From Antedon mediterranea (taxonomy: Eukaryota; Animalia; Echinodermata), in contig NC_092673.1 in the NCBI RefSeq assembly GCF_964355755.1, forward strand, positions 22,937,648 through 23,001,647: a stretch of 64,000 nucleotides of DNA. Direction: 5' to 3'. The notes beneath the pieces are model-generated. The model was not told the DNA's origin. It saw only the letters and a program-made list of their open reading frames with translations, and made no database searches. Below are positions 53,579 to 64,000 of this stretch, piece after piece; position 1 is the first letter of the stretch; every line of letters begins with the position of its first letter. Position numbers and translations under genes: made by a program.

Positions 53579-53929
53579 CTTAGCCAGAGGTTGTTGATGG
53601 AGACCATATCGTGGTTATGATTGAATTCGACGTATATGCCATGGTAGGCTACTAAGTTCTATCTCTTGTCCAAGCAATTTTACAGGTACTGTATATTATG
53701 AAGCTCTGCAGGCAAAAAAGAAACAATAACTAATAGCCATATAATATGTTTGGTTTTTAGGTCACTGGTCACGGTGTATCGCCGTTGGATCGCAGCAATT
53801 GACAATCGTCAGCTAAAATAACAATATGATATTTAGTCCGTAAGCGGAATAAAACCCGTAAGCAAAGTCCTTCCAAGTATCCACGAATGCCATGCAGTCT
53901 CCTAGAAGTTTGGCTTAACTTCCAGAATT
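53579..53929 (-). other. Putative 5' UTR exon of TESK
   Basis: Acceptor ttgttgttttacag at 53930 and donor aag|gtaggt at 53579/53578. Splicing to the acceptor at 51905 puts a TAA in frame upstream of ATG 51791. Confidence 0.4.
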
Positions 53930-55195
53930 CTGTAAAACAACAATTCTTAAGAATTAGTTTTTGTCAGCTTTAAAGTAAATCCATGCGTTCTAGTAAATTC
54001 TCCTTAGTGCCGAAGCGTCATGAGGAAAACCCAGGTGTGTAACCAGTGCCGCGGAACATTAGTTACCTACTATTCAAGGTACGGTGCCCATGTAGAGTTG
54101 ATAATAATAGTGCAGTACTAAAGTACAATCCTTGATCATATGACAAAAGATAACGGATGAGCAATGCAGATAAATAACTTCGATAAACACGCTTTCGAAT
54201 ATTATATAGGCCAATGTGTTGTTTTCTCACAAGTACCTAGATCTGTAATAGTCCCAAATGATCCATCTAAAGTGAACGTGCTGTGTGATACACAATTACG
54301 AAAACGTTTCTCGGAACAATTAGGCCTAAGCATTACCAAGATGAGTTATCATCGCAGGTTACTTTGTTTATAATAATATTCTATACAATTCAAGATAAAT
54401 CTAAATAAAAGATTAAAATGTAGAGTGACGTATGATGTGATATTATACCGTTATAATTTGATAATTGGATTTCGCTGTATAGTAGAAATGCATGGCGCAG
54501 TTTGTTTCAGTCTCTTGTACACAAATAACACAAGAGCCAATCTTTCGGTATAAATCTAAATGTTTAATTTTTAAACAGAGGCGCCCTATTTTTAGATCAT
54601 TTTATTGCATCCAATTTGTATAATTATTTGATTGTGTTAGGATATTTTGAAACTGTAATTGCCACTAATTTGTATAAGAGAATTGAAAATGTTACTGAAT
54701 GGATTAGAGAGGGTAGCCTACCATTCAGAGATAGGCCTATGTTGCAATAAAGTAAGAAACCAAACGGTTAGGCCTCGTCATGAAGCGTTTAGTTTGGAGG
54801 CATTAAACGTCACATTGTAAGAAGGCTGTATAGTTTAAATACTTCAGAAATATTATATGTAAGCGATTTGCATTACCAAGTGTATAGGCCTATGTTTAGC
54901 TTAAAGTCAAGTAACATTGGACCACATGTACAAAACATAAGATCCAAAGAAAGAATCATGTGAACGACTTGGTAGTCATCGTCAGAAGGCGGCAGTTATT
55001 GATGTAACACATGAATTGAATTTGAATTGAATTCAAACGTGTAGGCTTTTCAAGAGGCATATTGAAGAATTGGCAGTCAGCGTCTGGGAGAGATACGACA
55101 TGTTATAAATGACATGGACACTTCCAGAATTAAAATCTTTTAGGCCTACAAATGAGGAGGCTTGGATAGGCCTACAGTAAGTCAACATGATCTTA

Positions 55196-55354
55196 AACTC
55201 TGTCTACACTATCAAACTAGTTTAACAAAAAAGTGTCATGTGCCCAAATATGGTAGTGATATGCTTAAATATGGTAGTGATATGACATCATTATGTCCAT
55301 ATATAGGCACATCACATTTTTTGTCACATAAAGTTTGATAGTGTAGACAGACCT
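55196..55354. mobile_element. Tourist/Harbinger-like MITE family copy (full length)
   Basis: ctctgtctacactatcaaac...gtttgatagtgtagacagacct. Confidence 0.85.
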
Positions 55355-56787
55355 TTATACACGAAAATAAATCAGATACCAGAAATAGTCATTGCTATCC
55401 TCGGAATTATTCATAGTAATCATAAAATTCAGATTAATGCAAATTATGTTTTCTCGATCATAATGGTGATGTTTTAATAATGAACAATAACAGCAGTAAT
55501 TTCCTAGATTGCGTCCTCCGTCCACTTGTGTTTATTATTATGATTTATTCCATTAACCTTCACACTGAGCTATGTTTATGTATTCTTATTTATTAGAAAT
55601 AGTATAATAAGATAAAATGTGTTTAGATTGATTAAATCATGACAAGAGAAGTATACAATTGTGTAATTATATTGCAATATATATTATACAAATGAAAATG
55701 AATTGAAAAAAATGAATCATAAATTCATTGTAAGCTTTTTCACTAATTGTATACTGTAATACAACAGTTTAGAGTTGATTATCCATTTTAATAAGCACTC
55801 GACCTTATATTAATTCCAAGCTATGTAGAATACAAAATACAAAATAGTATACTAATACTAAATGTTATATAGTATCCTATTTTGTTAGGATTTCTGTATA
55901 TTTTGTTTTAGATATATTCAATACCAATGCTTGACACATGTAAATAGCATTAAAGTTAGTAGACCTCAATTGAGGGGACACTTTTTGAACCAAACTGTAT
56001 GTCCCCGGCCCCTCAAATTGATGAGGGTGTGTTTCATAGTATTTCCTCTTCTTTATTTCATAGGAAAGTGTCCCCGGGCTGGGTTTCCCCTTTAATAAGG
56101 TGTCCCCTTAATAGGGACTATACTGCACCTCATTCAAAATAATTCATACATGACCAATTACTGCCGATTATGGCCATGTTACATGTAATGTTACAATTTT
56201 GGTAGGCCTAATGAATTTGACTATAGATACCCGATAGATTCCGTATGGTATGTTAAACAGTTTATTATATTTCATTCTCCCTGTTAAACTTGCCCCAAGC
56301 CTGTATTTATTGTCTCTGTATTTTTTAAAATTTCGATTTTGTCTGAAAATACAAGCTCACAAGTAGTATGAAACGCCATATGTGCCACCATATTTATCTT
56401 TTTACTAATATTAAGTCAAAACTCTCCGAGACATGACACACGATGCGTTAGTATCATGATGTAACACACCAGAATTGACTGATAATTTGATATACAGAGA
56501 CATTTTTGTAATTGTTTCTCAACATTATAATTGCGATGTTGTGTGACACATTTTATAGTTCTATTCATGGAAATGAGACAACGTTCAGAACTATTATTAC
56601 AACGATGCAATACGTGCCAACCTACCCAGCATCAATACATTAAGCGCACGTCAATATTAATATGATGCTAATGCATAACATATACTAATATTGTTTTAGT
56701 CATAAATGAAATAAATTATAGTTCTTTGAAAGAGCTGCGATAAAAAGCAGTTGTTGTATCTACCGGCTAAATATCTACTTTTGTATC

Positions 56788-56882
56788 AGTTTGTCAAGTG
56801 CATTTAACGTAGATTGTCGAGGGCATTTAACGTCGTCGTAGTTGTCAAGTAAATTCAACGTAGTTGTCAAGAGCATTTAACG
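56788..56882 (+). repeat. Minisatellite, ~4 x 21-27 bp
   Basis: ttgtcaag.gcatttaacgta repeated. Confidence 0.75.
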
Positions 56883-57857
56883 GATTAGTGTAGACCTAAT
56901 AGATTTAACTATTTGACATGCAATGAAAACAATTATTATTATAAGTTCGTGTTAAATTTAGTAATTTACAATTGATTTATTGTAAGAATCAAAAACATAG
57001 TTTCACGACGCCATGCCTCGTCCAAATCGAACTTCATGATGTCACAGCACACACAAAATATTTTTAATAATCGTCATAATTTGGCCTTAGTTCTTTATTA
57101 TTGCAACTGCATTGTATGCATTGAACGGTTATTTTTAAATGTTTATTGGGGATGGGGGGGGGGGGGAGCGAGCTCGTAACGGTTGTTCGTACCATGGAGA
57201 AATAACTTATTTATACATTGTTATATACACATTTATTATTATTATTATTATTATTTTTAGGGTCAATAACCCTTTTAAAAATATTTTAACATCGTCTATA
57301 TATACGTCGTGAGGTGATTTCCTGCATGATTGTAATCAAAAACGGTACTGGGTTTGGTCTACTAGCGTTCCTGCTCCCAACCAGTCATCCATTCATAGAA
57401 GTAAGCCTACCTGGTGGTGGCCATAGAACGGTCCCGAGATAACGACTATACTTCGGCTTTAGTCGACAGAAGGTTGAAATATTGTTAGAGATAGAGTATA
57501 CGATGTTTGATTATGTGTAGATGTGTGACTTGTTCTATTATTCAAATGATGTTACGCAAAAAGAACTCGTTAACTTGTTGTTGACAACAGATTATGCTCA
57601 GGGGATTGCTCACCTAATATATATTGTAAAATTAAGAGATTGTGTCTAATGATAATAGTTAAATTTTCTCATTAATATACATGGACTATTTTAAATAAAT
57701 GGGATTTTAATGGTTATATTTGGTAGAATAATCTACTTTATATTCTAAGATACAACGTACATTTGGAAATAAGTTCATATTGATTCACATCAGGGGGTAA
57801 CCATTGGTTTTTATTCTAACCGTTTGAGAAATGGTACAGCGCTTGGTTCTCACTATA

Positions 57858-58189
57858 ACGTAACGCAAGTGCAATGCAAGCGATGTATCCAATGGCACGC
57901 GACAGTTCAAATAATATATCGCTCGTGATTGGTCAAATTACTTGCGTGTGCTTACTTACGCCTTTACGTACGTCCTGTCCTGTAAGTGGTTTACACTGGG
58001 AGGTACGGTATTCCAGATCTGACACGTAACGCAAGTGCAATGCAAGCGAGGTGACCAATGGCACGCGACAGTTCAAATAATATATCGCTCGTGATTGGTC
58101 AAATTACATGCGTGTGCTTACTTACGCCTTTACGTACGTCCTGTCCTGTAAGTGGTTTACACTGGGAGGTACGGTATTCCAGATCTGAC
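57858..58189 (+). repeat. Near-perfect 166-bp tandem duplication
   Basis: 57858-58023 and 58024-58189 (acgtaacgcaagtgcaatgc...ggtattccagatctgac) differ at only a few positions. Confidence 0.95.
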
Positions 58190-58551
58190 ACCTTATTCAT
58201 ATCCTGAACTAATTAACCACTTGATACAGTAGTGTATTGTGGCCTAGTGAAGAAAATCATATTTCAAGATTCAAGCAACTTTGTGTGAACGAAGAAATTG
58301 ATTTTTATTGTCACTGTGTGAACACAGAGTACCAAATGTGATGTTCACGTCACAATCGTATAAATGCTTCTGGAGATAATTCGACTGGAGATGTGTTGCA
58401 GTTAGTAAATATAGCATTTATTTGATTAATAGAATAAGTTCGTGATGTCATGAAAACATTAACATTTACGAGAAAATTGTTTAAACGAAGTAATATTTGT
58501 AATCAGTGATAATCATAGTATGTGGAGTTTATATAAAGATCACTGGCTTAA

Positions 58552-58698
58552 AGCTCTGTCTACACTATCAAAAAAATGTGATGTACCCAAATATGGTAGT
58601 GATGTGCCCAATTATGGTAGAGATTTGACATCATCATGTCCATATATTGGCGCATCACATTATTTTCTCACATAAAGTTTGATAGTGTGGACAGAGCT
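58552..58698. mobile_element. Tourist/Harbinger-like MITE family copy
   Basis: agctctgtctacactatcaaa...gtttgatagtgtggacagagct. Confidence 0.85.
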
Positions 58699-60950
58699 TT
58701 AGAACTCCCTTTATAAACATAAAATACATAAAAACATGTTATATGTAATATACGGTACCGTAATGTACATTTTCATGGTGTTAAACAAATTAAACTAAAC
58801 AAATCTACGAATCGCTCCACCATTAGGCCTAGACCCCAGTCTATTTGTGCCAAAATAATTCTAATCGCCGTCTACAACCTGTTCCATGTTCAGTAACTCA
58901 CCTTAAATTAAAATTACTCACTAACACTAACAATAGAAAACCTGATATCATTAGCTGAAAATGTCAATAATAATGGTGCGCCACTGGCGAAATGCCCATT
59001 CAACAAGACTCAGACGATATATGTCCATTGATCTTTTTCCCTCCGTGTTTTATTTAATCATATCGGGTTTTTCCAACTATCCCCTTTACTAACACCTTCT
59101 CGTGAAACGCAACTCCTTCTACGGGGACATAAGTGTGCCAAATCACATTTGTAGAAACCTTTGATCAGGCTATAAAAAAGTTATTACTATCAGTACAACA
59201 AACCTATCGAACTTATTATCTAGATGAATGAATATCCTCATTGCATTTTATCATTTAAGCGCATAATAGAGTACGTTAGGTATCGGGAGCTGCATTTAAG
59301 TTTTAAGTCGATTCATTTTATTGAGGTGATCCTAGGCTGTTTTCTATGCGTGAGATCAGACATACTGTACATAGGCCACTGTTAGGTTAATCCAGAGGAA
59401 AGACGCAATCATTTACGCCCTATCGGTATTCTTCCTATAAATATACGAATTATTGTATTGAGTGCATCAGAAGGTGTTCAAACCAGTGGTGCTACGGCCT
59501 ACGTGCCGTTACAAACAGTAATCCCGCCGTACGTGTGGTTGGCTGATGCATGCACTAATACTTTTAAATCCATTTATTGTGATGTTGATACTACACCCGA
59601 AATATATTTTCACGATTGAAGAAGAAGAGTGTTATAAGGAGTCGATTATTTTCAACGAGAAATTGTATTCGTGTATGTGATTGCAGTGATAAACGCAATT
59701 TCCTCAGCTTAATTTTACAATTATGGTCGGACTATTTTAAATTTAAATCGTACCATTTTTATTAATTTATTCTGTGATTAATCAAAGTATAAGAAAAATA
59801 CCTTGGGCTTTAAACCGATTACTTACATAATACCTGCTTGTTATAATACAACTTAAAAACAGGTGATAACTGTCATAAGATTATTGTACGTGTGAATTGG
59901 GAATAAATAATTCAAAGATTCCATATATATTAATATTAATCTCTAACAGGGAATGGTAAGTTTACGTAAACTCACTTTTCACTGACAGTGTGTATACCTA
60001 TTAGTATTAGAAACAGCCACTCGTGACGCAATGGGCCATTTTTACCATGGGCCGAGTGCACAAAGCTTCCTCGATACCTTTTTATGAATTTGCTCGTAAA
60101 TATTATGTTTTGCTAAATGAAATTTTCTATTTTAAACTTTTTCCTAATTGGAAGAAATAGTGGGTGGATCGACTAAACAAAAAGGTTGTCAATCCGTGGA
60201 GGAAATATATATATTTCCTTTATATTGTCAAATCAAAGAATAAAAAAAAAAATTGTTTGTTTTTTATGTATGTTATGTTTTTCTACAAATGGGGTTAAAC
60301 TAGACAAAAGCAATCTAACTTTTGAAACCCCAGGCCTAATTGCAATTTCAAAAGTTGAATGAGAAAGACATTTTTATAGTACTCGTATACATTTTAAATT
60401 CAGACAACTACCAATCCAAAAAGTACGCCGTTTTTATGCACCTGCTATTCAAAATATTAAATTACGGTATGTGAAATACGCTGCAACGCATGAATTTTAC
60501 GTATTATCAATGTTTAATATTGTATATTAGATAATGCAATAGGCCTACGTACCTTCTTATTTCCTTGTATGATCACATTATTTTTTATCAAGTGACGCTG
60601 CCACATGTGAACTCAGGACGTGATCTACATGTAGTATAAATTGACGTTCTACTGCTCTGGTATTTAATTATATACAGTTGTGCTGTGATGTTTCTACTTA
60701 GATATTTGAGGGCGATAGTCAATAAGCTAAGTGTTATAAAAATGAAAAACGTTTTTTATTTTAATATTATGTTGAAAAGGACTGGTATAATCGGCATCCG
60801 AAACGAACCGGAAGGAACGATTAATGGAAGAATTCTCTTAAGGAAAATACTCAGCAGGAATGGGGACTTATTTTATCTCAAAATAAATAAACAATTAAAT
60901 CTCACAGAGGATAACAATAAAATCCTGTGTTATGTTTCAAATCATAAATG

Positions 60951-61008
60951 TGTCGACCATGGAGGTATAAAAATATTTTATAAAATTGTTATACCTCCAT
61001 GTGTCGAC
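60951..61008. mobile_element. P-element-like remnant: two 17-bp TIR stubs, 10-bp filler, 7-bp TSD
   Basis: tgtcgac|catggaggtataaaaat attttataaa attgttatacctccatg|tgtcgac. Confidence 0.7.
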
Positions 61009-61424
61009 AGTATACTTTTCTATAATTTATACTTTCACCATAGGCCTAGTTTAATTTCGGTATCTTTATTTCATTTATCTCACTTTTAACTGAAAAACAT
61101 CAAAAACAATTCACTAAGGCAAATAAAAATCCGTAGCATGATTGAGGATTTTTTTAATTTTGATGTTTTTAATTAAAATCAAACAATTTCATACAAATAA
61201 TCTACACAAAAAAATAGCAGCAAATTGAAAATGTTGGCAACGAGCGTCGGAGGTGAAAAACCAAGAGAATCAAAATATGGAACACAAACAATTAAGTATA
61301 TCATTTCTAATTTCTCTCTAGGCCTAGTTTAATTAGTTTGTATCATCCTATGAAAATGATGTGCGTTACGTGTTGCGTAAAATTTATCAATCGCATTTCG
61401 TTTTGCCGCAGCAGCTTTGTTTTT

Positions 61425-61790
61425 TGTTTTTTTATTTATTCAATTTCTGCCATATACATAACAAAGAAGACAAAACAATTATAAAAGGAGGCACGGAAAG
61501 ACCAAACAGGTGCTAAAAACCTATGCTAGTTGGTCAACCCAGAACAGAGAAAAATAAATAAATTACGTTCTACAATAAAAGCATCGACAAGAAAGCGAAC
61601 AACTACACACATTTTCAATATCAAAATTATTTTAAAAATAAATATTGAGATAATTAAGTAATTTGGTTTTAAAAGAACTAACAGAAATATTTAAGTTGCG
61701 GATTTCACTGGGTAAGTTATTCCAAATTCTGGTAACACGTGGGATATATGATTGAAAAGAAGATTCAGTTCTGCAGCGACGAAGGTGAGT
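61425..61790 (-). mobile_element. CR1/L2 LINE 3' end
   Basis: Minus strand reads RCRTESSFQSYIPRVTRIWNNLPSEIRNLNISVSSFKTKLLNY (WNxLP motif), followed by a 3' UTR and an AATAAATAAAA tail at ~61430. Confidence 0.8.
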
Positions 61791-63047
61791 ATCTCATCAA
61801 GGGACCGGATGAGTGGAGATAATATCAATACATTATACTACTCTGTTAAATCTATAAGCCTATCATGTAGTTTAATGTAGCATGGGCTTTATTATTACAA
61901 GCGTGCGTTCAACTTATGGAAATCCATAACATTGTTGGTGGTAGTCGATACGATCTCAAATTACGGCGATATCGCGTAATGTATGACGACACGTTATAGT
62001 CCTAAATATGTAAACATATTCTATGAACTAGAAGTTAAGTGAGTGATTCATTTTTTCTAATTTTTACTATCACAATCTTAGAACGTGTGACGTCAACTGT
62101 GACAACAAATCATGACGTAACGTTATACTTCAAACTTCGTCAGCTTTGAGTGTTGACAATCAATTTACAGGTGGCACTACTTGATCATGGACCAATAGGC
62201 CTACATTATCAATTTAATACACCGGAATAATACAAAAATCGGACAACAATATCACACATGTGTGACCTATAAACCATTTGACAACAAATCATAATTCAAC
62301 AGAGCCATCAACACTAATGTTGACAACTACAAATATGACTAAACCTTTTAGCAACAAAATGTTAGGCCTATTATATTATATTCACTGATAATTCAACCGA
62401 CCACAGGTAGGTACTTTATGACCAAACGAAAGAAAAATACTTCAATGGGCCTACAAAAATGGATTGGGCATTCATTGACGTTTCTAACCGAATCACCGAC
62501 AATATTTGTTTCGCCATCACAGGCTAACGATATTTAGGCATTGTTCATTACAGACAATTTGTTTGTCCTTTTTTGTTGTTAAAGGTGCACAGTTTAACAA
62601 AATGGCCTACATTTACTACTTTTGAAAAGGAAGAAATGGACAAGAATGATTACATTGAAAGTTCATCGCGTTGTTAAGCGTGCCTCGATCCCCTTCCTCG
62701 CAATGCAGAAAAGTTGTAATTGTGTGTATCAATAATATAGAACAGAATAAATGAAAGGGATAATCTGCCATAGGCCTATATCTTTTAGGTTAGTTTTACC
62801 AATTAAGTTTAAACTGTTGATTCATATCAACCAGGAAAAATAAGAAAGTTTCAAAGTTTAGGCGCCTGTCAAAGCATAGTTGAAGTTACGTAATCACGCT
62901 TTATCAAAAATATTAGCTTGTGCGCATATGCTGATGAAAAGGCGCGCAAGGTTACTTGGTTACGTATGTTTACTTTGCGTTGCTCCTTCACAACCTTACT
63001 TTTCGAGTTTTAAGGAAGACGTTTTATTGTATCTATAAGTATAAAAT

Positions 63048-63089
63048 ATGCTCTGTTGTAAGAAAGACTCGACCAGCGTCGTCCACGTG
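63048..63089 (+). CDS. Putative first coding exon MLCCKKDSTSVVHV (copy 1)
   Basis: aaatATG context, 14 codons, consensus donor gtg|gtaagt. The two differences from copy 2 are both synonymous. Confidence 0.5.
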
Positions 63090-63826
63090 GTAAGTAAAGT
63101 CAAATTATTTAGTTCCAGATCATACAATACTATTTAAGTTCGATAATTAACTGTAATTTGTCGTTAAAAGAAAAGTTTGATTCTTAGCCTCGATCCATCC
63201 CCCCGGCGCGCCCACACATGGGCCGGCGCAGCGGGTGACGTATGGCACCGGGTGAGAGAGAGAGACCCTTCATCATTGCTGCTGCGCTCAAGCCAGAACA
63301 TCGGCGCGCTCGTTTCGCGATCGACTTGTTGCGCAAAAGCTTTTTTTTTTAAATTGAAACTGGTTTTTGCCATTTGATTTGGCTAAGCCTGGAACAAAAA
63401 ATAATAATATGAATAATGATTTTTTTTTAATTATTTGATTTGTAGTAATATAAATATTTAATTTAAAAGTAGTAGCCATAGGTTAGTAATTATAGAATCA
63501 TTTCTAATGATTATACTGTTGGCCTAGTTCTTTATACTTCATCTTCGAAATAGTATACAGTAGGCCTATAATGATTTTTTTAACGGGTAATAATAAATTT
63601 CATTTCAACCAGAAAAAATAAGAAAGTTTCAAAGTTCAGGCGCCTGTCAAAGCATAGTTGAAGTTACGTAATCACGCTTTATTAAAAGTATTAGCTTGTG
63701 CGCATGTGCTGATGAAAAGGCGCGCAAGGTTACTTGGTTACGTATGTTTACTTTGCGTAGGCTCCTTCACAACATTACTTTTCGAGTTTTGATAAACAAG
63801 TTTTATTGTATCTATAAGTATAAAAT

Positions 63827-63868
63827 ATGCTCTGTTGTAAGAAGGATTCGACCAGCGTCGTCCACGTG
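63827..63868 (+). CDS. Putative first coding exon MLCCKKDSTSVVHV (copy 2)
   Basis: Same ATG context and gtg|gtaagt donor; AAA>AAG and GAC>GAT relative to copy 1. Confidence 0.5.
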
Positions 63869-64000
63869 GTAAGTTAAGTCAAATTATTTATTTCCAGATC
63901 ATATACTAGGCCTACTATTTAAGTTCGGTAATTAACTGTAATTTGTCGTTAAAAGAACAGTTTGATTCTTAGCCTTGATCATCCATCCCCGGCGCGCCCC

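Larger units (their letters stand above)
62820..64000 (+). repeat. Tandem duplication, period 779 bp (second copy runs off the window)
   Basis: 62820-~63213 aligns with 63599-64000 (tcaaccag.aaaaataagaaagtttcaaag ... ccccggcgcgccc). Confidence 0.95.

Noticed and set aside
59970-60050. THAP-like start (MAHCVTSGC) on the minus strand with a downstream donor
   Set aside because: It stops immediately and no continuation exon was found; too short to support.
60685-61089. 134-aa ORF
   Set aside because: Low-complexity AT-rich translation that runs through the transposon footprint, with no splice signals or motifs.
63164-63479. ORFs across the GC-rich patch
   Set aside because: Open on both strands because of local GC content, with no motif support.

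Overview
AT-rich, intron-containing animal DNA, probably from a marine invertebrate (echinoderm-like; this is inference from composition and repeat content). It is not prokaryotic. Contents from left to right: (1) a repeat-rich intron followed by a terminal exon resembling GEMIN4 (6156-6470, +); (2) a frameshifted, stop-containing PARP14/15-like WWE+ART pseudogene fragment (7250-9150, -); (3) a putative promoter/first intron filled with transposons, including a 2-kb foldback element and CR1/L2 LINE ends; (4) a complete 31-coding-exon crumbs gene (18349-40389, +, about 3,030 aa by manual splicing) with two extra N-terminal LamG domains, about 50 EGF repeats, an RRRKR furin site and an ERLI tail; (5) a convergent TESK-family kinase gene (51791-45881, -, about 547 aa) with LIMK-like loop residues and an unexpected hydrophobic, membrane-like C-terminal segment; (6) a long upstream region with many MITEs, a likely P-element excision footprint, and a 779-bp tandem duplication. 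Each copy of that duplication carries a 14-codon first exon MLCCKKDSTSVVHV, and the two copies differ only at synonymous sites. Exon boundaries were read by eye from GT/AG sites and frame continuity. Family calls rest on remembered motifs, not database searches.
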